Source: a virus. Taken from it: a stretch of DNA of 64,000 nucleotides. Positions 9,219-17,455 of this stretch are shown one piece after another. The notes under the pieces were generated by a model, which was given only the letters and a program-made list of their open reading frames with translations, had not been told where the DNA came from and made no database searches. Where the stretch lies: IMG/VR virus record IMGVR_UViG_3300042898_002111, positions 3,799 through 67,798 of that record; one strand, 5' to 3'. Each line of letters begins with the position of its first letter. Positions within the stretch are counted from its first letter, which is position 1. Position numbers and translations under genes: made by a program.

Positions 9219-9669
9219 GATTATCGCAAAACCAGTAGTCAAGAATAAATTTTGGATAGTAGAAGAAGATGGTGCGAAGATTGCCACCATCCAGGCTGTG
9301 GAAGAAGGTGGGTTTGCCTATGTGCGTGACACCAACAGGGAAGTATTCCCCACCATCAAGTTATTGAGTGAGCGATATAATATACACATCGCCAAGACCA
9401 CCACTGCGGCCAAAACAGTCAAAGGTGACTGGGAAGTATATGGATTTCCGGTAACCGGCCGCCCACACAATATATTATACAATGTGCCGCGTAAACTTCC
9501 AGTATATACCAAAACAGTTAAAAGTCGTAGCTATTATTGTGCTGGTCATTATCTGATCAAACTAAAGGACACTTGGGAAAGTCATTTTTGTCCCAAACTG
9601 ATCACAGTTAACCGTTATCCCACACAGGGCCCATTCCATATTGCCATGACAGGACTAAACGATGAGTGA
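9211..9669 (+). CDS. Conserved hypothetical phage protein
   Basis: AKPVVKNKFWIVE..LPVYTK..SRSYYCAG.Y..FCPKL..Y...GPF; overlaps both neighbours. Confidence 0.75.
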   Translation: MSEIIAKPVVKNKFWIVEEDGAKIATIQAVEEGGFAYVRDTNREVFPTIKLLSERYNIHIAKTTTAAKTVKGDWEVYGFPVTGRPHNILYNVPRKLPVYTKTVKSRSYYCAGHYLIKLKDTWESHFCPKLITVNRYPTQGPFHIAMTGLNDE

Positions 9670-9877
9670 ACCCAGCATTCATATTAAAAATTTTAACGAT
9701 AAAGTTAAATTAATGAATCAGACTCAGCGTAAAGAGATAGTACTAAGTGCGGCAGATGCACGTAGTTTACACGCTGAAATATACGGTTTATTGGCACAAA
9801 TCGCCGATTTAGCCAGAGTTTCAGAGTCGCCTGAGCCAGTAATACAAGTGGGCATGGATGGCGGTGGATTTAAGTAA
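9662..9877 (+). CDS. Hypothetical protein
   Basis: Overlapping ORF ending MDGGGFK. Confidence 0.7.
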   Translation: MSEPSIHIKNFNDKVKLMNQTQRKEIVLSAADARSLHAEIYGLLAQIADLARVSESPEPVIQVGMDGGGFK

Positions 9878-9924
9878 TATACGCTGTTTTCCAGCATAAA
9901 TAAAAGTATCGAGGAAAACAGAGA

Positions 9925-10212
9925 ATGAGCCGACCTAAACCCACTGTGTTGTTGGAGCACGTCAATAAATCTAACTACAAGAGCGAGCAAATTCTTGCCA
10001 GTGATGGAATCTGGGCAGTATATTATGATGCTCAACCTATCAATCTAAAAACACAAAATATGTTGGTCAGTTACCCCGGACCCAAATACAAAAAGGTGTC
10101 CTTCAGTAACAGTGGCCACGCTATCAACTTGGCAAAAAAATTGAATGTATTGTTCAAGACTGATAAATTTTCAGTCGTTCTGTTGCGCCAGGGTGAGCAA
10201 ATATATCCTTAA
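9925..10212 (+). CDS. Conserved hypothetical jumbo-phage protein (MSRPKP..)
   Basis: GAGG SD, ATAAATA upstream, GPKYKKVSFSNSGHAINLAKKLN motif. Confidence 0.8.
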   Translation: MSRPKPTVLLEHVNKSNYKSEQILASDGIWAVYYDAQPINLKTQNMLVSYPGPKYKKVSFSNSGHAINLAKKLNVLFKTDKFSVVLLRQGEQIYP

Positions 10213-10564
10213 TCAGTCGGAATACCAACAGCGTATTCTGACCAGTCTTGAATTAGACCCCAATATCTTAAATGGTGCCCAGTACACCTGGTGGTATAAT
10301 CCCACCAACCCCTCTAGTCTAAGACTGACCAAGTTGGGCCATAAATGGTTCAGTGGTGTGGCAAAAATCGCCACTTACCATGTGGGGCTGGGAGACCAGA
10401 TGATCTATCCAAAACAGCTATTGCAGTTGGAACGATTGTTCACAGCACCCTATTATATACAGACACTGAAGAAGCTCTGGGTATATAGTGAAACTGATTA
10501 CATCATGCTACAGTTACACGGCAGTGATCTAAAGACCTATTTAAACAACCTGGAAAATCAATAA
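10193..10564 (+). CDS. Hypothetical protein
   Basis: WWYNP..SLRLT..G..PYYI. GTG start at 10193 chosen to minimise overlap. Confidence 0.65.
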   Translation: MSKYILNQSEYQQRILTSLELDPNILNGAQYTWWYNPTNPSSLRLTKLGHKWFSGVAKIATYHVGLGDQMIYPKQLLQLERLFTAPYYIQTLKKLWVYSETDYIMLQLHGSDLKTYLNNLENQ

Positions 10565-10614
10565 GTTGTAAAAATACAACGCTGGTTGACCACAAAACCC
10601 CTTAATAGTAAACT
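10565..10614 (+). promoter_or_regulatory. Palindromic operator-like site plus sigma70 promoter
   Basis: GTTGTA-AAAA-TACAAC (10565-10580), then TTGACC-17 bp-TAAACT (10586-10614). Confidence 0.55.
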
Positions 10615-10647
10615 GACTATCTTAATAACTCTAAGATAGGTGCTGCC

Positions 10648-11256
10648 ATGCGGCGAATTATTGTGGAATTAAGTTTTGTCAGTGGTATTTTATTTTCAGC
10701 CTACACCATTATCAGTATACCTGATATGGTGCGTCAGCTGATTAATCCAGTGGGAATTTTTCCTATACCGGATCCTATACCAGAACCCTCAGTGCAGGTG
10801 TCATCTAAAGAAATCAAGAATTTTTCAGTCAATCCAGTTCTGTTGTATCGAGTATCGTACCAACTAAAGTTTACTGCTAAAGAAATGGATTGTTTGGCTA
10901 AAAACATTTTCTTTGAATCAGCCACGGAAGACCATGCTGGTAAACTAGCAGTGGCACAGGTCACATATAACCGTTTGAAAAACGGCCGTTGGGGTGATGA
11001 CATCTGTAAAGTGGTATATGCCCGAGCACAGTTCAGCTGGACTCTGGATCAGAGAAAGATGCGCACACAACCGTATGGGGTCAATTGGGAGAACAGTCAG
11101 CAGGCAGCTAGAGATTTTGAGTCAGGTAAACGAGTAGATCGATTACGTGACAGTCTGCATTATCATGCTGATTGGATTCGTGCGCCAAAATGGGCCAAAT
11201 CTGACAATCAGGTGCACAAGATTGGACAACACGTTTTTTATGCGTCAATAAAATGA
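10648..11256 (+). CDS. Cell wall hydrolase, SleB/Hydrolase_2 family, with N-terminal membrane anchor
   Basis: CLAKNIFFES..GKLAVAQVTYNR..ICKVV..QFSW..HYHA..P.W..IGQHVFY. Confidence 0.88.
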   Translation: MRRIIVELSFVSGILFSAYTIISIPDMVRQLINPVGIFPIPDPIPEPSVQVSSKEIKNFSVNPVLLYRVSYQLKFTAKEMDCLAKNIFFESATEDHAGKLAVAQVTYNRLKNGRWGDDICKVVYARAQFSWTLDQRKMRTQPYGVNWENSQQAARDFESGKRVDRLRDSLHYHADWIRAPKWAKSDNQVHKIGQHVFYASIK

Positions 11257-11465
11257 AGAACCATTTTGGTCGTTGTGTAGCTAGTATTATGCCACCAGAA
11301 TCTATCGGCACTACATATCGTGGCTGGATTCCGTGTATCGACTGGTGTACAGAAATGTTTGGTGTGGCACATCCTCTGAACGGTCAGTGGCTATACATAG
11401 GCGAAGGCGTGTTTGAATTCACTAATGAGCGGGATCTTACTGCATTTTTACTAAAATGGAGTTAA
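11253..11465 (+). CDS. Small hypothetical protein (..F.L.W C-terminal family)
   Basis: DWCTEMFG..FEF..ERDLTAFLLKWS. Confidence 0.65.
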   Translation: MKNHFGRCVASIMPPESIGTTYRGWIPCIDWCTEMFGVAHPLNGQWLYIGEGVFEFTNERDLTAFLLKWS

Positions 11466-11683
11466 CTATTTGTTTAGAACGACTAAGTCCGGGTCAGATT
11501 CTGAATATAGTATACGAACTGGAAGACCAACATGGACTTAAACGTGACAATGATTTCACATGGGAATTCCACAAAAGGGTCACCAATGGAAATCCACCGT
11601 ACGACATAATACAGGAACGTTATACTGCATTTACTTTTTGTGACGATGTGGTGGCCACCTGGTTTAGATTACGATATGGTTAA
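11456..11683 (+). CDS. Small hypothetical protein (same family)
   Basis: FTF.DDVVATWFRLRYG C-terminus. Confidence 0.65.
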   Translation: MELTICLERLSPGQILNIVYELEDQHGLKRDNDFTWEFHKRVTNGNPPYDIIQERYTAFTFCDDVVATWFRLRYG

Positions 11684-11690
11684 AAATATT

Positions 11691-11719
11691 TTGACATTGT
11701 ACGCTAACCGCTATATACT
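11691..11719 (+). promoter_or_regulatory. Strong sigma70-type promoter driving an intergenic structured RNA
   Basis: TTGACA-17 bp-TATACT. Confidence 0.7.
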
Positions 11720-11725
11720 AGTAAA

Positions 11726-11845
11726 GAGTTGTAAGTATTAGGACCACTTGTTCTGATACTGTATGTCGCAGACCAGTAGATTCGCTCCCGAAAGTCTGCA
11801 AACCCGAAGCCCCTATGGATTCGCTCCCTGTAGGGGCTTCACCTT
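11726..11845 (+). ncRNA. Candidate small RNA with three hairpins, two with identical GAUUCGCUCCC loops
   Basis: Stems 11735-44/11750-59, 11768-73/11794-99 and 11806-15/11831-40; the 11-mer repeats at 11779-89 and 11818-28; own promoter upstream, second promoter downstream. Confidence 0.55.
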
Positions 11846-11848
11846 GAG

Positions 11849-11877
11849 TTGACATATAAATTATTTAATTGTATAGT
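11849..11877 (+). promoter_or_regulatory. Phage early-type sigma70 promoter (repeated family)
   Basis: TTGACA-tataaattatttaattg-TATAGT (17 bp spacer, extended TG). Confidence 0.7.
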
Positions 11878-11909
11878 AGCACTATCTTAACCTAATTTGG
11901 AAATACACC

Positions 11910-13109
11910 ATGTCTATCGATTTATTGGCAGCAGTTAAAAATCTTGACGAAAAGAATATGAGCTCTTTGTTGTTGAAAACTACCAAGTATAAAAACAATA
12001 CTGGTGGCAACTATGTGCCCATTGCTGATTTAGTAAAAAAAGTACTAGGTGCAGAATCCATCAAAAAAGGTATCGAATTACGCAAAAATAAACTTGCCAA
12101 TGCCTTATATGAGGCTATGCATTTTGGTCGAGTAGGTATGGTACCAATTGGGCTAATAGATATCAATATTGACATACAACGAGGCATTGAAATAAAACAC
12201 ATTGGTAATAATATCCTGCCAATTTTTGACCCACGTATTACCCAACCAATCAATTTAATCTATTACCCTGACACTGGTCGATACACTTGCTGGGACGGTC
12301 TGCAGACCCTGAGTACTATATTGACTCTGATATGCAATGGATTGATTGCCACTGATAATTGGGAAACATTTGAGATCAAGTCTAATATCATTGATTCTGA
12401 TCTACTAGTACCCGGCGCTTCCTGTACTGTGGCAGAAGCAGTTGCTAATTTTGGATTCCGAACATTAAATGGACCCAAGGGACGGCTTGGTGTAGACGAA
12501 TGGTTTATTATGCGAAGCGAGTATCACGGCGCCAGACTGTATAATAGCGACCTGACAGAAGACTTGCACAGTAAAGCCCTGTGGGAGTGTATGATCAAAC
12601 ACAATATGTTACCGGCCGACAAGGTCAATGAAAAAAAACCAGGGTATATTCCGTATATTAGTTACATAAAAACACGATTTGGTCATGGCACCAACCGATT
12701 CGATATTGATACATTTGAAAAAGTTATTGAATTCTTATCTACTTACTTTATCAAGGATCTGGGAATCAATGCTAGTTTCTTGGTAGGTATTGCTGAGTTA
12801 TTTGTGCTGTTAAAAGATCAAAAAATCAAAGTAGGAACCAAGCCCACTCAGTTTAATGCCGATCGATTTGCTAGGTTTTTAAAAGATGCATACGGTCAAG
12901 AAAATACCGGTAATATGTGGCGTATTAAGTTTGCCCAGCCCCGATTAAAAGAACTGCATATTGCACAAGGTTATATAAAGTCCACTTGGACAGATAACTG
13001 TACTTTACCTTTTTGGTTTGATGATTTTGAGCAGTACTGTGAGGACCATGGATTGGCACTATGTAGGTTACCAGAATTGCCAGCTGGCATGCAGGGGTAT
13101 GTACGATGA
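11910..13109 (+). CDS. ParB/Srx-like N-terminal domain protein
   Basis: IDIQR..H..I...FDPR...PI...Y.CWDGLQT resembles the QR..DGQH core of ParB-like domains. Confidence 0.5.
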   Translation: MSIDLLAAVKNLDEKNMSSLLLKTTKYKNNTGGNYVPIADLVKKVLGAESIKKGIELRKNKLANALYEAMHFGRVGMVPIGLIDINIDIQRGIEIKHIGNNILPIFDPRITQPINLIYYPDTGRYTCWDGLQTLSTILTLICNGLIATDNWETFEIKSNIIDSDLLVPGASCTVAEAVANFGFRTLNGPKGRLGVDEWFIMRSEYHGARLYNSDLTEDLHSKALWECMIKHNMLPADKVNEKKPGYIPYISYIKTRFGHGTNRFDIDTFEKVIEFLSTYFIKDLGINASFLVGIAELFVLLKDQKIKVGTKPTQFNADRFARFLKDAYGQENTGNMWRIKFAQPRLKELHIAQGYIKSTWTDNCTLPFWFDDFEQYCEDHGLALCRLPELPAGMQGYVR

Positions 13110-13504
13110 ATTCCGACACACGATATTTTTACATGTGGATTCATCCATACACCAAAAAGACTTGCTATGGTGTGACTGGTACTTTGGCCAATCGAAAACG
13201 TGCGTATCAAGGACACAACGGTTTCGACATTGAATGGGATTTCCTTGTCAAGGGATCTGCATTTGATATCGACAAACTAGAGGGGATTCTCAAACAAAAG
13301 ATTAGATTGATTGAAGAAGATTCAGGCCAAAAAATCAGTTACGGTGGATATGAATGGATTGAAGCTGAGGTGGCTTACGATAGTATTGAAGCACTAGTTC
13401 TTAATTTTATTGAAGAGGACAATTATGATTCCGTAATCGTGATCAAGAGCAATACCATGGGTGGTTCCGATACTGAAATTGAGGGAGAATCAGATTCTGA
13501 GTAG
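13106..13504 (+). CDS. GIY-YIG/T5orf172-like nuclease-fold protein
   Basis: YFYMW....CYGVT.....R...YQ..LE..LK..EWI; ATGA-coupled to the upstream gene. Confidence 0.5.
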   Translation: MNSDTRYFYMWIHPYTKKTCYGVTGTLANRKRAYQGHNGFDIEWDFLVKGSAFDIDKLEGILKQKIRLIEEDSGQKISYGGYEWIEAEVAYDSIEALVLNFIEEDNYDSVIVIKSNTMGGSDTEIEGESDSE

Positions 13505-13512
13505 ACCAAAAT

Positions 13513-13528
13513 GTTGTACAAAAACAAC
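13513..13528. promoter_or_regulatory. Second copy of the GTTGT-N6-ACAAC palindrome
   Basis: TGTTGTACAAAAACAACA, matching 10565-10580. Confidence 0.5.
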
Positions 13529-13535
13529 ACTTTTT

Positions 13536-13557
13536 AGCCCTGAAATCAGGGCTTTTT
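13536..13557 (+). terminator. Intrinsic terminator
   Basis: AGCCCTGA-AA-TCAGGGCT followed by a T run. Confidence 0.75.
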
Positions 13558-13570
13558 CATGGATCATTTC

Positions 13571-13629
13571 TAGACAGGTAAATCATTTAATTGTATAATA
13601 GTTTTATAGTGATGAACAAGGAGCAGTAC
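13571..13629 (+). repeat. Promoter-RBS cassette, copy 1 (~60 bp)
   Basis: TAGACA-17-TATAAT...TTATAGTGATGAACAAGGAGCAGT-ATG; near-identical to 13833-13891. Confidence 0.75.
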
Positions 13630-13836
13630 ATGGGTTTCGAAAAAATTGTGTTGGACAAGGTTGCAAAAGTTATCAAGCAAGACCGTCAGGCTTATTTTTG
13701 CAACGGTACCTTGTTTGTTTGTACTGAAGAAAAAGATGCTCGACGTGTGTTTTCCATGTTGTTTAGGGACTATAACGGCCGGGTCCAAGTCAGTGTCGCA
13801 ATGCACGGCGAGTTCGCTTACGATTTTACTGGTTGA
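13630..13836 (+). CDS. Small early protein
   Basis: AAGGAG SD places the start at 13630; ends GEFAYDFTG. Confidence 0.7.
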   Translation: MGFEKIVLDKVAKVIKQDRQAYFCNGTLFVCTEEKDARRVFSMLFRDYNGRVQVSVAMHGEFAYDFTG

Positions 13837-13891
13837 CCGATAATTCATTTAAATGTATACTGTAGTTATAGTGATAAACAAGGAGCAGTTG
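13833..13891 (+). repeat. Promoter-RBS cassette, copy 2
   Basis: TTGACC-17-TATACT...TTATAGTGATAAACAAGGAGCAGT-ATG. Confidence 0.75.
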
Positions 13892-14173
13892 ATGAGACAA
13901 GATTACACTGTGTATGTTTATAAGCGTGATGGTCGTACTAAATCAGGTGAGCGTGCCATCAGCACCACTGTCTGGAAGGACATGACCGAAGCCGATATGC
14001 GCTGTGTGGGCAATGAGCTGTATGAAACCCATCCTGCCACCCTGGGCTATCGATTCGAGTACCACCCCACCATGCAGACTGTTAAAAATTTAATGACTGG
14101 TAAGGATGTGCAAATTGATCGCGACACCCCCTGGTGTTGTAATCCTGCAAGTGAAACATATTGGAGTTCGTAA
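13892..14173 (+). CDS. Small early protein
   Basis: AAGGAG SD; YKRDGRTKSGER..VKNLMTG..TPWCCNPASETYWS. Confidence 0.75.
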   Translation: MRQDYTVYVYKRDGRTKSGERAISTTVWKDMTEADMRCVGNELYETHPATLGYRFEYHPTMQTVKNLMTGKDVQIDRDTPWCCNPASETYWSS

Positions 14174-14174
14174 T

Positions 14175-14288
14175 ATGCGATTTCACCCAGCTCAGTGTAA
14201 GTCGGATTGGTTAATCATATTAGTACTAGGCATTTGTGAAATAGGCCTAGTACTGTTGTTTTTTTCATGCATTTATCTGGTTCTATAG
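14175..14288 (+). CDS. Possible small membrane peptide
   Basis: 37 aa with one TM helix; GGAG upstream. Confidence 0.4.
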   Translation: MRFHPAQCKSDWLIILVLGICEIGLVLLFFSCIYLVL

Positions 14289-14314
14289 ACACAAAAATAC
14301 ATTAAATGTATAAT
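14286..14314 (+). promoter_or_regulatory. Early-type promoter (family)
   Basis: TAGACA-caaaaatacattaaatg-TATAAT. Confidence 0.65.
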
Positions 14315-14352
14315 ATTATTTCCGTAGTACTTAATTTCAAGGAGTTGTAAAA

Positions 14353-15459
14353 ATGGCCGTGACTGAAAATCGTAGTATTACCCCAGGCGAAGCTCGTAGC
14401 CGAGTCCTACGTTGTTTTAAAAATAAGCGTCCCGTATTCATGTGGGGTCCTCCAGGAATCGGTAAATCCGAACTGGTAGCAGACCTGACTGCTGAACTAG
14501 GTGGACACATGATTGACCTGCGTCTGGGTCAGATGGAACCCACTGACATTCGTGGTATTCCGTTCTTCAACAAGAACAACGAGAAAATGGACTGGGCTCC
14601 TCCCATTGACTTACCTGACCAAGAACTGGCCAGCCAGTATCCCATCGTCGTGTTGTTCCTGGACGAAATGAACAGTGCCGCCCCTGCAGTACAGGCCGCA
14701 GGTTATCAGCTGATCCTGAACCGCCGCGTTGGTAAGTATGTACTACCAGACAATGTGGTAATTGTGGCCGCCGGTAATCGTGAGTCAGACAAAGGCGTTA
14801 CCTATCGTATGCCCAGCCCGCTGGCCAACCGTTTTGTCCACTTGGAAATTCGCCCGGATCATACCAGCTGGGAACAGTGGGCTGTTAACCACAAGATCCA
14901 CAAGGATGTGGTGGGATATGTTGGTTTTGCCAAACAAGATTTGTTTGACTTTGATCCTAAATCGCCCAGCCGTAGTTTTGCTACACCACGTAGCTGGACC
15001 TTTGTGTCACAGTTCTTGTACGACGAAGATGCCAGTGACGCAGAGATCACTGACCTGGTTGCTGGTACTGTAGGCGAAGGTGTTGCGGTCAAGTTCATGG
15101 CACATCGTAAGGTCGCTGGTCAGATGCCTAAGCCTGAAGATGTATTGTCGGGCAAAGTGACTGAACTTAAAGTTAAAGAAATTTCAGCCATGTACTCGCT
15201 GACTGTTTCCATGTGTTACGAGTTGCAGGAGCAATACCGTAAGTTAGGCAAAGATAAAATGCCCGACTGGTATGCTCAGGCTGATAACTTTTTGCGCTTC
15301 ATGATGGATAACTTCACTACCGAATTGGTTGTTATGGGTGCCCGTGTTGCAATGACCACCTATAGCTTGCCACTGTTGCCTGGTAAGATGAAGAGCTTTG
15401 ACGAGTTCCACAAGAAGTTTGGTAAATACATCATCGCGGCATCCAGTCGGGATAATTAA
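14353..15459 (+). CDS. MoxR-like AAA+ ATPase
   Basis: Walker A GPPGIGKS, Walker B LFLDEMN, AAGNR, PLANRF and TPRSW; AAGGAG SD. Confidence 0.9.
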   Translation: MAVTENRSITPGEARSRVLRCFKNKRPVFMWGPPGIGKSELVADLTAELGGHMIDLRLGQMEPTDIRGIPFFNKNNEKMDWAPPIDLPDQELASQYPIVVLFLDEMNSAAPAVQAAGYQLILNRRVGKYVLPDNVVIVAAGNRESDKGVTYRMPSPLANRFVHLEIRPDHTSWEQWAVNHKIHKDVVGYVGFAKQDLFDFDPKSPSRSFATPRSWTFVSQFLYDEDASDAEITDLVAGTVGEGVAVKFMAHRKVAGQMPKPEDVLSGKVTELKVKEISAMYSLTVSMCYELQEQYRKLGKDKMPDWYAQADNFLRFMMDNFTTELVVMGARVAMTTYSLPLLPGKMKSFDEFHKKFGKYIIAASSRDN

Positions 15460-15478
15460 AGTTACCGCTAGTCACGGT

Positions 15479-15513
15479 CCAGGGCAGGAGTGATCCGTAA
15501 GGCCCTGGTTTTT
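15479..15513 (+). terminator. Intrinsic terminator with internal GNRA hairpin
   Basis: CCAGGGC..GGA-GTGA-TCC..GCCCTGG-TTTTT; preceded by an ACCG/CGGT mini-hairpin (15464-15478). Confidence 0.65.
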
Positions 15514-15523
15514 ATTTAGAAGT

Positions 15524-15844
15524 GTGCAAAAAATGTTCAAAGTCAATAAGTTAGACGCTCGATTTAGTGGCCATACTTACTATGGGTTTGTTGGTACTTT
15601 GATTATACCAAGCTCTTACCGAGAGAGACGAACTGCACTTATTGAGTTTGATACTGTTCGTACCTGGTGCATCGAATCCTGGGGTCCTAGTGCAGAACTG
15701 GATATCCAATCCGGTAAACTCAGACTTGGTATACCAGAAACTGTGACCGAATGGTGTTGGATGAGTGACTTTACCCAAAATAAGTTTCGCATATATTTAA
15801 AAACTTCAGCTGAAGCCACTCTCTTTAAATTAAAGTGGTGTTAA
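15524..15844 (+). CDS. Hypothetical protein (..F.L.W family)
   Basis: RTWCIESWG..RIYLK..EATLFKLKWC. Confidence 0.7.
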   Translation: MQKMFKVNKLDARFSGHTYYGFVGTLIIPSSYRERRTALIEFDTVRTWCIESWGPSAELDIQSGKLRLGIPETVTEWCWMSDFTQNKFRIYLKTSAEATLFKLKWC

Positions 15845-15853
15845 ATTCCCAAC

Positions 15854-15882
15854 TTGACGCTAAATTCAGTTAAATGTATAAT
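15854..15882 (+). promoter_or_regulatory. Early-type promoter (family)
   Basis: TTGACG-ctaaattcagttaaatg-TATAAT. Confidence 0.65.
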
Positions 15883-15908
15883 AGCGGTATACTGAAAAAG
15901 GATATATT

Positions 15909-17150
15909 ATGTCGGAAGTAGCAGAACGCCCTAAAACAGATCCCAAGATTGATGCCGCCGCTCGCGAAAAACTTATTACTGCCCGTATTGGCCTCTTACT
16001 CAAGGCGCCGTTCTTTGGTAACATGGCCACACGACTGACACTGGTTAATGCTGATGACTGGTGTAATACCGCCGCCACTGATGGCCGTAAATTTTATTAC
16101 AATAGTCAATTCGTTTACAAGATGCCACTTAAACAAGTGGAGTTCTTGTTTGGTCATGAAGTGTTGCACGCCGTATATGACCATATGGGCCGGCGGGGTG
16201 ATCGCAATCCCAAAATCTGGAACATTGCTGACGATTTTTGCGTTAACAGTGACCTGATTGATCAGAAGATTGGTGATCGTATCACTGTATGTGGCATGCT
16301 ATATGATGTCAAATATCGTGGCATGAGTGCTGAAGAAGTTTACGACGATCTTATGGCCAATTCCAACAAAATTAACCTCAGTGAATTACTCAAGAACGTT
16401 CTGGACGAACATCTGGACGGTGATGAGGGTAATGGAGAAGGTGATGGTGATCAGGAAGGCAAAGGTGGCCGTCCACGTTTAAGCGATGCTGAACGTAAAG
16501 CCATCCGTGACGAGATCAAAGAAGCCATGTTACAGGCCGCTCAGGCTGCCGGTGCTGGTAATTTGCCATCAGGTGTCAAACGTCTGGTCAAGGATCTGAC
16601 TGAGCCCAAGATTGGCTGGAAAGAATTGTTAGAGCAACAGATCCAGAGTACCATTAAATCTGACTTTACCTGGGCTCGCCCCAGCCGTCGTGGTTGGCAC
16701 ATGGATGCTATCTTACCCGGTATGAAGCCAGGTGAAACTATTGATGTGTGCATTGGCATTGACCAGTCAGGTAGTATTACCAGTCAGGACAGCCAGATCT
16801 TTTTAAGCGAGATCAAAGGTATCATGGAATCATACGACGAGTATAACATTCGTGTCTGGTGTTTTGATACTGAGATTTATAATGATCAGACCTTTAACAC
16901 TGACAACCTGAATGACATCATGCAATATGAGCCGCAAGGTGGTGGTGGTACACTGTTCGAAGCCAACTGGGATTACATGAAAGAACATGGTATTGAGCCC
17001 AAGAAGTTTATTATGTTTACTGACGGTATGCCAGGAAATGGTTGGGGTGATGAGAATTACTGCGATACTGTCTGGATCATCAAAGGTAATCCCAACTGTG
17101 AACCGCCCTGGGGTATCTGGGCACATTATGAAGAAGAGGCACGTAAATGA
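15909..17150 (+). CDS. DUF2201-like HExxH metallopeptidase plus VWA domain (MoxR partner)
   Basis: TAATDG, HEVLH, MIDAS-like IDQSGS, GGGGT and FTDG. Confidence 0.85.
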   Translation: MSEVAERPKTDPKIDAAAREKLITARIGLLLKAPFFGNMATRLTLVNADDWCNTAATDGRKFYYNSQFVYKMPLKQVEFLFGHEVLHAVYDHMGRRGDRNPKIWNIADDFCVNSDLIDQKIGDRITVCGMLYDVKYRGMSAEEVYDDLMANSNKINLSELLKNVLDEHLDGDEGNGEGDGDQEGKGGRPRLSDAERKAIRDEIKEAMLQAAQAAGAGNLPSGVKRLVKDLTEPKIGWKELLEQQIQSTIKSDFTWARPSRRGWHMDAILPGMKPGETIDVCIGIDQSGSITSQDSQIFLSEIKGIMESYDEYNIRVWCFDTEIYNDQTFNTDNLNDIMQYEPQGGGGTLFEANWDYMKEHGIEPKKFIMFTDGMPGNGWGDENYCDTVWIIKGNPNCEPPWGIWAHYEEEARK

Positions 17151-17455
17151 GCAACAAAACTACCACTGAAGTTGATGAAGCAGAACTACTGAAAAAATAT
17201 CTACCCACATACATCAATGCCCCAGAAGATCTAGAACAAGCTAGAGATCGTATTCTGGAAATTGAAATGGCTCTAGAAGATCTGGCCCGTGCTGTGGAGA
17301 TTGCACAAATAACCAATAACTGGTCCATGCTGGACAGCTTCCGCCAGACTACTGAAACAGTATTACAGGGCAAGATTGAGATTGTACAACCAGATCAATC
17401 GGACATGAAATTGAACGTGGTCATCGACGATCGCAAAGACAAAGCCGATGCTTAA
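17147..17455 (+). CDS. Hypothetical protein
   Basis: ATGA-coupled; coiled-coil character. Confidence 0.7.
   Translation: MSNKTTTEVDEAELLKKYLPTYINAPEDLEQARDRILEIEMALEDLARAVEIAQITNNWSMLDSFRQTTETVLQGKIEIVQPDQSDMKLNVVIDDRKDKADA

Noticed and set aside
11760-11845. tRNA gene suggested by TTCG-containing hairpins
   Set aside because: There is no cloverleaf, acceptor stem or D/T-arm spacing; treated as a candidate sRNA instead.
13483-13500. GGGAGAATC as the cis target of the GAUUCGCUCCC loops
   Set aside because: The complement is imperfect (two bases missing), lies at the end of a coding region and is too short to distinguish from chance.
13591-13891. Similar N-termini MYNSFIVMNKEQY / MYTVVIVINKEQL as shared leader peptides
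   Set aside because: They are translations of the repeated promoter-RBS cassette; the SD positions put the real starts at 13630 and 13892.
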